Shown: positions 10,679 through 21,523 of the stretch, piece after piece
Position numbering within the stretch: the first letter of the stretch is position 1
How the letters are laid out: the number at the start of each line of letters is the position of its first letter
DNA from: Calcarisporiella thermophila CBS 279.70
Taxonomy: Eukaryota > Fungi > Calcarisporiellomycota
Assembly (NCBI RefSeq): GCF_041956535.1
Contig: NW_027192197.1
Coordinates: 321,829-385,828, forward strand
Length of the DNA: 64,000 bases
Reading direction: 5' to 3'
Notes under the pieces: model-generated
Seen by the model: only the letters and a program-made list of their open reading frames with translations
What the model was told of the DNA's origin: nothing
Databases searched by the model: none
Program-made: the position numbers and the translations under genes

Positions 10679-12415
10679 TTAGTTGGTTGGGTCAGCTGCT
10701 TCATTTCTGGATTCCTCTCTCCCCTTTTCCACATCGACTCCCCGCAAGAGAATCGGAATTGGAAGCAGTAGGAGGACGAGAATAATAACAAATCCGTTAC
10801 GAATATTATGGGTTCGATCTAGAAAAAAAAAAACATAATGGTCAAGTTTCCCGTGAGTAAAATCTCAGCTAAGGTAGAGCTCACCTGTAATTGCTCCCAC
10901 CAAGAATGGTCCAAGCCAAGAGCTGCCTTTGTCTGTGACCGCATAAAGAGCGTAAAACTCTACTTCACGACCTTTTGGTATTATTTCCCCAAATAGTGTC
11001 CGGCAATATCCTTGCAGCGCCCCCAACAATGAACCAAAATATACAGCCAAAATGTATATCTCCCTCACGGTAGTTAACGGGCCAAATTCATGGAACCAGG
11101 GTATCAAATCCAAACAGCCATACAATGGCACAACGACGAGGAATGAGAGGAGCATAATGATGGTATGCTTCACACTGAGTCCGAGAATCTTTTGGATCCT
11201 GGGCCAGATAAGTGAACCTGCAAATGCAGAGCTCGGGGAGAGAAATGCAATGACTACCAAGCTAGCATTGGGAACGTGGAGCGTAGTTTTGGCAAACAGG
11301 ATAGCAGTGGAAGTGATAGTCGTATATCCTATAGAATCGGTTCATTTAGCGAATGGAACCAGAGTCAACTCACAGTAATTTTAATTACCATCTGATAGTA
11401 AGAACCATGCGATCAAGAACCAGAAGGCATTGCTCAATCCTCTCGCATGCATAACAGTCTTGGCCAACTTCCTCCAAGAGTAGACCACATATGCCACTGA
11501 GTGATGGCGAATACATCCACTACTGAGCAGCTCTTCTTGGGGAAGTGGTGGACCAGGGCGGCTTTTGAGGTATATTGCAGGAATAAGAGTAAAGCAAAAC
11601 CACCACAAACCCGACAGAAAGATTCCTAGTTTCAGGCTAAAGGTGGATGAGTTGAACGCATAGGCAACCAATATGCATACAAATAGAAGAATGAAGCCGC
11701 CAAGGTAGCCAATGGCCATTCCTGTCGCCGATATTCGCGTGGACACGCGTTCCTTGATTTCCTCCACTCGCTTTTGTGTGGGTAATAAAGCTGAACGCTC
11801 TCCGAGTTCTCGGACTTCCGGATGATTGCGGGCGAGAAGAGGTAAGAAACCATTTGCGCACACAACACTAGCACCAAAGCATACATTGCTTACTATTGCG
11901 AGAAGTCCTGCAAACAGTAGCATATGATTTGTAACAAAGATAAAGCACATGGTGGTAATGCTTCCAGCCCATGCGAATCCCAACAGCAACGATTTGCGCC
12001 AGCCTCCATGGTCTGCCGCACCGCTCATGCTGATAACAGTTATCGCTTGAAGTAACACACTGAACGCGAATATGTATAGGCTGAAGGATGCAGTATCAGT
12101 CCACCACCAACCAATTTGTAAGACACATCTGCCATCGGAAATTTTGGCATCTCTGCAGGGTTTCTGCTTGTCAGGAAGTAGCACCCCATTCTCAGAGGCA
12201 AGCTGCTCCAGGAGCACGGGAATAAAAGTCGTAAGGGAAACAACTACGTAGACCTCTGAGGCGAACGCATATGCATACCACCCATAGAGCTCCTTCTTTT
12301 TTAAGGGTGGCTCCATATTGCGTGCGTTTTCATCAGTTAAATCATTCGATGGCAAAGTTTGCACTACCTCTGCTCCAGCAACATTAGCCGTTGCGTGCTT
12401 AGGCTTTTGTGACAT
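10679..12415 (-). CDS. ATG22: Autophagy-related vacuolar amino-acid efflux MFS transporter
   Basis: ELYGWYAYAFASEVY, SGAADHG, GFLPLLARNHP, LKSRPGPPLP, IPKGREVEFYALYAVTDKGSSWLGP. Three exons. Confidence 0.93.
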
Positions 12416-12595
12416 ATAACTGAGTGTTGATCACTTATGATGAGAAATAATGGGAATATATACCAATATTAATACATTTCATTAAAATTAGAGCTAATGT
12501 GGCTTTTATGGGACTGTTGTAATAACTTAGTTTTTCCCACATAATAATTGGGGATATTTGCCAAATTCTCTAGCAGTACTATTCCTCCGATCATA

Positions 12596-15500
12596 ATGAG
12601 TTCTGTAGTAGGTGTGAGTGGCTATTCCCATCCACCCGCTATGAAACAAGGAGAGGATTTTAAGTTGGCTAGGCCAAGGCGCAAAACAAAATCGCTTTTT
12701 CATAATGTCGCGAAAACATCATTGTCTGAAGCTGAATCAGAGCCACGTACCCACACGCGACAGCAATCTCTTCCAATAAATTTCCATCCGAGCATCAGCA
12801 ATAATACTTATGCACTGCTTGATTATCTAGGGAGCGCTGAGCCAGGTGATGAGAATAGGATCTCGTCCTCATTGTGTCTCAGTGATTCCACAATGGTTAA
12901 TCCTTCTAATCAACCATTGGGGAGACGAATTCGTCGAAAATATCGTGGAATGAGGAGGATATACAGTCCTCCTACGTCCCCCTCTAGCATTCTTCAAAAT
13001 CTAACTGCTAAACCCGTATTCTCTCCATCCCAATCTACTTCACCCACAATATTTTCTACCCGCAGCCTACCAAGTAGTCCGTCAGCGGTAGCTCTGTCCG
13101 ATGGAGCGGAATGGTCCCTAAAGGAAGAGGATGATGTCAAGTCTTTAGGGAAACCAAATCCGCCAGATCAGTCCAAACAAGACAGTGGAATCGCAATTTC
13201 AGTAGATAGGTCGCAGAACAGTGTTCCGGAAGGGGAAGACTCTCTATCAAGTTCAATGGAAAAAGACAGCAACGCAAATGTAAAGGAAAATATCGAGCAT
13301 AAACCTCAGACTGAAGACGAGAATAAGCAAGAAAAATCAGCTCTTGACGATATACGACGTGCATTGTATACCCCTGGATTCTCACATTCATCATCCCATA
13401 AACTTGAACACTTTAAGACTCCAAAAAGTCCAAGTAAGAAGCGTCCTTGGCTTGACCAGCAGCGAGAGATTGGTCGACCGCTCAAGTTTTCTGCTTCTGG
13501 CCTAAATATGGCATCTGGCTCACCGGCAACTCCATCAAGCACAGCAATGCATCGGAATGATACCCAAAAGCCGACCATGCCGATTCATCGTACAGTAGAT
13601 GATAATGTCTTGGCTAGTGGCGATATTTTCAACTCCAATGCAAATGCAAAGCGCGAGAATGCGGCGACTATTTCTGAGCAAGCTTCTTCGCTCCCAGTCG
13701 AAAAGCAGACAAACGCTTCGGACCTTCCCGCAGTAGGTCGCTTGCCAAGCTCTCTATGGGACTATTTACGATATGAGCTTACAGCATCCGACTTTGATGC
13801 AACCCAAGAACTAAAGCGCGAAAGAATTACAAACTTCATGGCTGTGCCACGGGCACTTGACAAGGTAATTACCATAAGTTTTTTCTTTAAACATACATTG
13901 GAATGGTTGCCTAACTATATTTTTAGCTTATATTTTTTGGATATTTTATCTGCCTCGACTCTTTTCTTTATACTTTTACAATTCTGCCAGCACGTTTTGC
14001 CATCGCCCTATGGGCCTATATTAAGAATATCTGGGATTGGATTGTTCCTGGACGAGAGCGAAGGTAGTCCTGAATTATTGTCAGATTTACCCCATTAAAT
14101 TAACGCATTCTCTAAATACAAGCCCCTTTAAATTCTCGCAAAAATGCGACCTACTTAAAGGGCTTCTGCTCATCCTCTGTTGTTTATGGTGTCTTCGATA
14201 CCTCGATCCATCGCTCGCCTATCATTCTATTCGCGGTCAAGATGTAATTAAACTTTATGTTATCTTTAATGTGCTGGAGGTAGGTCCATATACCATTGTT
14301 TGTGGAAGTGAGCGTCCGAAGTAATGGCTGGCATATACATTAGATTTTCGACCGATTATGCTCTTCTTTTGGAGGAGATATTCTTGACGCATTATTTTCT
14401 GAATCAACCTTGTGTGGGCCACTCTCAGAATCTGCCACACATGCACACTTAAAGCCTATTACTTTCTTCATATTAGCATTTGGCTATGTGTGTATCCTTT
14501 TAATAATCATAAGGGCCGATTACATGGATTTCTTTGAAATATTACAAGAGATTTGTCCTTAACCTTTTTTTTTTTAGTGGCACATACTACCGTGCTATTT
14601 TACCAGGTGATTACGTTGCACGTTGCAATCAACTCTTTCTCAAACGCATTGCTCTCGCTGCTCATTTCAAATCAGTTCGTCGAGATCAAGGGTTCTGTAT
14701 TCAAAAAGTTTGAGAAAGAGAATCTCTTCCAGCTGAGCTGTAGTGGTAAGCTCTATTCCTGTTGAAATTGCTTCAAGTTACTCATTATTCATATTCAAAT
14801 ATATACCAGATATTGTGGAGCGCTTTCAACAGTCAATTTTTCTGGCCATCATCACTCTTCGTAACACGGTCTACCTCTCAGGTTCTCCCATTTCCTCCAT
14901 GTCTATCTTGCCGAGCGCCTTCCGACCTCTGCTGTCTTCAAAATTCAACCTGGGCTCCCTCGAAACTTTGATGACACCTATAGTAATGGTTGTAACGTCA
15001 GAAATTTTGGTAGATTGGTTAAAGCACGCGTTCATTACTAAGTTTAACCAAATTCGGCCTACGGTATATGAGAAATTTATGGATGTTCTCTGCCGTGACT
15101 TAGTAGTTGGAAGCCCAGGTCGTATTGGTGATCAAAAGAAGGTAAGGCTACTTTTTCACGGTTTGATGGAAAAGTTGACTAAATTTTTTCTTTGGAATAA
15201 GACTTTTGTAGACCAGTCGCCTGTTGTTTCTAGGAGGATAGGATTTGCTCCTATCCCTTTGGCTTGTTTGGTAACTTACAATATTCGAGTAATACAGTAC
15301 AGCAATGCTAAATTATTGTGTCATCTACAGGTCATACGTATAATTCTTCACACCTATTTTAGTGCTGAATCAGTTAGTTTGACCGAAGACTCCACCAGTC
15401 CAATACCCACGTTTGCCTTCAGTTTTGAAGAGATATGGCGTGGACTGGCTCATGGCGGAATTACAGGAGCAGTTAGAGCTCTTTTGAATTTTGATTTCTT

Positions 15501-15922
15501 GTCTCCAATACGTAACATTTGGTGGAGTCAGAAAGCTATTGAAGCAGGAGTGTGGATATTGCTTCTTACGGTTGTCTATGCATGGTATCTATTTATCTTC
15601 ACGCTCATTATCATAGATAGTTTTATTCTCTTTAACACGAGTCTTTTACTCTAGTTTAATTGCGTTGAAGCTCTTGGTAGGCGTTAATTTACTAGGTTAT
15701 GCCTACCGGCGTTACGGTTGCATAAGTGAGCGCGAATCTTTAGATCGTCGTCGTGAGCAAGAAAGACAGGAGCGTGGAGTCGAAAAGGCTGAACAGAATT
15801 ATCGCCAAAGCCTACGCTCTTATTTGGATGATCCGCGCGATAATTTACTCACCCAGCATCGGATTCAGCTCTCGCTTGATAATTTGGATCGATATACGCT
15901 TTTCAAAAGTCGAATTCCATGA
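12596..15922 (+). CDS. TAPT1: TAPT1/EMP65 (DUF747) ER membrane protein with long disordered N-terminus
   Basis: KRERITNFMAVPRALDK, CLDSFLYTFTILP, IRGQDVIKLYVIFNVLE, LLISNQFVEIKGSVFKKFEKENLFQ, DIVERFQ, SEILVDWLKHAFITKFN, SRRIGFAPIPLAC, LDRYTLFKSRIP. Nine exons. Confidence 0.93.
14492..14577 (+). other. U12-type (minor spliceosome) GT-AG intron in TAPT1
   Basis: 5' site GTATCCTTT; branch site TCCTTAAC at 14556-14563, 14 nt before the intron end. Removal restores GYV-L-AHTTVL (phase 1). Confidence 0.88.
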
Positions 15923-16148
15923 GAATTTGTACACTTGTTAGAAACACTTAATAAAAAAAATCCTTTAGATTATTTTTATATAGTTTTCAAATTATATACA
16001 TATTTTCAATATTGCTTTCACATAATCTATTAACATACCCCTTTACCGAGAAATATATAATTTGTTAGACTCCGCCTGAAAATTTCTCCCAATTAGTCGT
16101 CACTAATACTTGAAAAAAAAAAATCCTACTTAGATGAAATTCGCATAA

Positions 16149-17347
16149 ATGGCGATCTATAATTCCACGCGTCTCAAAGTCCAGCTCAAGCTAGCCGTGA
16201 ATCGATTGCGTCTTTTACAGGCAAAAAAAGACTCTCTTGCCAAGCAGGCCCGCAAAAATGTCTCACAGCTTCTTGAAAATGGCAAGGTGGAGAGCGCCAG
16301 GATACGAGTATGTGTGGATACCAGTTTGCTTTATTATTTGCTCTCTTAATCTTCAGATCGGCAATCAATAGGTGGAGAATATTATCCGTGAAGATTATAA
16401 CATAGAAGCGATGGAGATTCTAGAACTTTGTTGCGAATTACTATTAGCTCGCTTCGGACTTTTAGAACAAATGAAGTAAGGAGAAAAGCTAATTCATTTT
16501 GTTGAAATTTGTAATCTTGGACCATTCTTATTTTCTCCACACTTTAAGACACTGTGATCCTTCTATAGCCGAAGCAGTTAGCACTATTATCTATGCAGCT
16601 CCACGTTCAGAAGCAAAAGAGCTAAATATGGTAGATCATCCTTGTGAAATTATCTGCTTCTTTCTATCTAATTTCATCGATAGGTGCGTGACCAGCTGGT
16701 ATCAAAGTTTGGGCGCGAATTTTCCCTTGCTGCTATGGAGAATCTTAATGATTGTGTGAATCATAAGGTACATTTTGCATTTGTTCATTACCGTCTACTT
16801 CCATAGATAATATTAATCGATGAGGGTTATTATAGATAATCGCTAAGTTAAGAATTGATGTGCCCGACCCAACGCTTGTCGACCGATACTTGGAAGAAAT
16901 AGCCAAGTCTTACAATGTTAAATGGAGGCCAACAAATTCTGTAGATGCTGATAGTGATGATGATAATGGCGGGCTACAAGAGGTTGTTACATGTCATAAT
17001 TACCGTTCTATTACTACTTATTAATATTCTTGTTAAACATCTACTAGCTCGAAGCGGAGCTCGAGGCTTCAAACTCCATAAAGCAGCCTGTCCTTTTACC
17101 TGGTGGTGTGAATGTTGATAATAATTCACAAATGCGTCAACATGTCAATTTTCCTGGGACACCATCTGCACCACCTGAAAGAAGGGCTGCGCTAGGTCCC
17201 CCCCCTGGCTTGCCTATTTTGCCAGTAAATCAGTCTGGAAATCAAGATAAGAAATTAGCCGCTTCCTCTTCTTCAAGAAAGGACGATGAGCTTCCCGATT
17301 TTGATGAGCTCTCTCGACGATTCGAAGCATTGAAAAAAAGGCCTTGA
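16149..17347 (+). CDS. IST1: ESCRT-III-associated factor IST1
   Basis: LKVQLKLAVNRLRLLQAKK, ESARIRVENIIRED, EAVSTIIYAAPR and a C-terminal MIM1 motif DFDELSRRFEALKK. Confidence 0.95.
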
Positions 17348-17699
17348 GCCTGTAATCTTTTTTGCTTCAATTCGCTTTTTTTCCAGTTCTATTTTTATTG
17401 ATGATATTGCCGGTATATTTTCAATAAATACTCGTGTGTAATTTATCGTAGATTGCTGTGGCTTTCTCTCTCAGAAAGAGTTGCTTTCAATTTTTGCAAA
17501 GATTGAAGTCATTTCCATTACCAAATACATGATCCGCAAATACCTTTGTTGTATAAATCTTTAGAGGTGCAAACAAGCATAAAAAACGAGAATGTGTTCC
17601 CCTCTCAAAATATTATATAGAACATAGGAATATTCAATTTTGTTTATAAAGACAAGAAGCGAAAAATTGAAGCATCATTTAGAAACAAAATGTAGGGAA

Positions 17700-19541
17700 T
17701 TAGCGGTAGGTGGGTGAGGCACGGGTTCCATGCGGAGATGCATTTTCGTAGCTAGCTCCATAACCCGCAGCATAGTACTGACCATAGGCAGCTACCGCTG
17801 CATTAGGATCATAACCTGTGGGGTTGACAGCAGTAGCCGCGGTATCAATTGAAGCTACTGAGGGAGGAGGGGCATTCATTCCAGGAGGAAGTTCATACTC
17901 CGGGCCAGCCATGGTGTATTGTTGCTGGCCAGTGTATTGTGCAGGATAAGTAGGGTAAGTAGTGTACGCTCCGTGCATCGTATACATTCCAGTGGTAGAG
18001 TAATGTGCGTTGGGTGGACGATCTTTACCCCACGATAACTACATAAATCCGTGTGAGATAATTCTTTAAAGTCGTAGAAATATATTTCTCACTTTTGCCG
18101 GGCGCCCATTGATAACTGAACCTTGAAGCTGGACTATAGCCATTGCTGCATTTTCGTGTGTATCCATCTTTATCAGAATAGAAATTTCAACCAATGATAA
18201 CAAATAATATAATAAAACATTAACATTTACCTTGACGAAACCGAAACCACGTTCTGCCTGCACGCGAATATCTACGACATAACCGAACGACTGAAAAAAT
18301 GGGATAACATGTTCCTCTAATGAAAATAATATATGGTATATATAAAATAAAGATATATATAAATCAATAAAAATTACGAGTAGTAGTGGGAGAAAGGTTG
18401 CCAATGTAGACTGTGGTATTATACTGAGGAGTTTGCGTGACCACCGACTCGTATGTAAGCGGCACCGAAGAATTGACTACAGCATGCGCTATTAGAGAAA
18501 AAAAATGTTAATTTTCAAAGGGATGACAAACTATTGCTCGCACACAACCAGTACACTTACATGTACGCTCAGGCTGAGTCTTCTGATTTGCCCAGTTACA
18601 ACGAATAGCACGGCTACCAAGCCATTCCCCATTCATAGTGCTAATTGCATGCTCTGCGTCCTTTTGCGGTTAACAATACACCCAAAAAATATTTATAAAG
18701 TTATAGAGCATCAAAATCAAAAATAAATACTGCTTACACTCTTCTCTCGAAAAGAAACAAAGCCATAACCTCGAGACTGAAATGGATAAAGAAAAAAAAA
18801 AGTTGTTATGCATAACAATATTTCATAAAGCAACAGCACGCTTATGTACCTTTCCTGTATTCGGATCCCACATTATTCGGGCCTCCCTAAGATATAATCA
18901 TATAGTAATGAAACTTTACATAATAGTTGTGGGGACGGAAGTGCTAAAACTCACGACATGCTTCCGAATGCGCTAAAAGCCTTTGATAATACTTCGTCTG
19001 TCACTTCAGGACTCAAATCACCGACAAAGATATGATGATGAGCTATCATAATTTAAGAGCAAATCTTTAGTATATTGCACTGAAGCGCACGTTTGAAAGG
19101 AAATAGCTTATATTTACAGGTAGTATCCTCCTTACGGGATGAGGACTGGGTCGAGTAGCCCCAGTTGACTTTGATTTCCTATTGAAAAATCGTTAAGTAA
19201 AACTAAAAATAGCCTCTATGCATGTACAACTGCAGGTATACCATATTGAATATTTTCCTTCCATTAAGCGTTTGCAACGCTTGTTCGGCTGTTCGATGAT
19301 CATGATACTCGACGAATCCGTAATTTAAGCCTCCATGTGAGAACTACAAAAAGAATGTATATTGAGAAGACAGTAAATTAAATATAATTTTTGATCAATT
19401 CATCACATTTTTATCCGGAATTATCTTGACATTCTCGATAGGACCAACAGTGGAGAAAATTTGATGAAGCATCACATCCGTCACACGTGGATCGAGATTC
19501 CCAACGTAAAGAGTTTTGCAAATTTCATCGTGTCGTTGCAT
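17700..19541 (-). CDS. PUB1: Three-RRM poly(U)-binding protein (Pub1/TIA-1 family)
   Basis: [87 protein letters not shown], followed by a Tyr/Ala/Pro-rich tail. Confidence 0.9.
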
Positions 19542-19824
19542 TTTTTATTTTCTTGGCACAAAAAACGAAATGAAGAAAAAAGAAGAGAAAAAGAAAAGAA
19601 GAAAAGAAAAGAAAAGAAAAATAATATATATAAATCGTAAATATATATCGAAAGGAATGCGATCACTAAAATCTTTTGTGTTAAATCTATGATCGTTCGA
19701 AATAGCGAAGATAAATGTGTTCGCGAAAAATTGTCCGTGACGTGGATTCAAGGTAAACAGCACAAGCCTGTCAAAGCTGCTTTGGAACCACAATTATTCA
19801 ATGGTAGAAGCATAAATTAACAAA

Positions 19825-21359
19825 ATGACCTCACTTTCCTTCAATTTTTTCAAAACACCAGAGTCATTACGTCGGGGAACGCTAGCACTATCTGTCAATG
19901 ATCGGCAGAAAATCTTGCAAACACCAGGTTGCCTGTTTTATACCTCCCGTGGGTCCGTGCCTCATCTAACCCCTGATAACTTTCAGCGGCTCCCTTGTGA
20001 AGCAGTACACATTTCCCTAGAGCACTTGTGAGTGCAAAAACACTTGATATTGTATTTATGAAGATTTTTACTGATTAATTTGTTAGTTTGGATTCTATGC
20101 CCCCTCCCTTGCTTGGATTTCCTCATGGAATTCACAAGTATTTAGAATTAGAGGTGATCAAAAAAAGTTATCCTTCACCTCGAAAATTATTGATGTTTGT
20201 ACTGTTTTTACAGAATTATATAGTATACGCTGATGTTCGTGATCCTGACGCTACGACTTCCGCTCCCACTAATACAAAACACTATGTCTCTGCCATGACG
20301 AATAGCGGAGCCCGTCAAGTATTTTCCTCTTTTACAAATATCACATTTCAAAGTATAACCATGCTTTTCTCTCTTTTGCTGATAGGTTACAGTCAATTTA
20401 TATTCACAGATGATAAATACCCTTTCACCCGACATCTGTGCTGGTTTGGCTGATGTCTTGGTTGAGAATGATCCTACAGTTAAGAGAGTTCAAAAATCAG
20501 TGGAACGTACTACTCGGTGGTTAGACGAATTTTTAGAATTAAAAAAGAGCACAACGAACGTATTTGGTGTGTTGGTAGGATCACAATTTGTGGAAGAGCG
20601 GCGGAAGTCTGCAAAAGAGATAGCATCCCGAAATGTTCAAGGCAAGTAGGAATATTTGACAGTTTTTCCATGTTTGAGTAATTCTAATTTTTCCAAGATA
20701 GGCTTTGTAATGCATGGATCAAAACTTGGAAGAACTATTAAAGAGCGCATGGACTTATTAAAAACTTCGATCGAGTGTTTACCGGAAGAAAAACCTCGTT
20801 TAGTTTATGGGCTTGGATCCCCAGTTGACGTTTTAATAGGTATATCGTTGGGAATTGACTTGTTTGATACCAGGTTAGTAAATATAATTGATACACCTCT
20901 ATTCATGTTTATTTATATCTCTCTGCCTTTTATTTAGCTATGCATTCCAAATGACTACAAAAGGGCATGCTCTCACTTTTGTATTTGAAACGCACCTGAA
21001 CTTGAAATCGCAGACCCCAAATACAAGTACCATTAACCTTTGGGAGGAGTCTAATGCTAATAATTTTGGACCTTTGATGGCTGAGTGTAACTGCTACTCG
21101 TGCCAGTCTCATTCGCGTGGCTACATCCATCATCTTCTTAAGACACACGAAATGCTTGCGAACGTGCTATTGATGATGTAAGGATTATACTGATTTTAAA
21201 TTAGAAGATATATGCTAAAAATTTGCATTTGTCAATAGCCACAACTTGCATCAATATACGCAGTTCTTTGAGAACATTCGCCAGTCAATTGCAAATGGTA
21301 ACTTCCACTCATGCTCAAGATATTTTATGGAAAGATACGGTTTTGCTTATGCAAACTAA
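19825..21359 (+). CDS. QTRT2: Queuine tRNA-ribosyltransferase accessory subunit
   Basis: QTPGCLFYTSRGSVPHLTPD, KSVERTTRWL, LPEEKPRLVYGLGSP, GIDLFD, Zn site CNCYSC...YIHHLL, HEMLANVLLMIHN. It lacks the catalytic DSGGFQ of QTRT1. GC-AG intron at 20642-20701. Confidence 0.9.
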
Positions 21360-21523
21360 ATTTTGCAAAATCCTAAAAAACTCTATTTAAATTACTACAA
21401 GTAATACTTTCAAAATACAATATCTGTAAATCAAATTGAAAATATAAATACGTGCTGAGTAAATGGAAGGGAGAATATTACATGGGATACCAAAAAAAAG
21501 CTCAATACTATAGCATATGCTAT

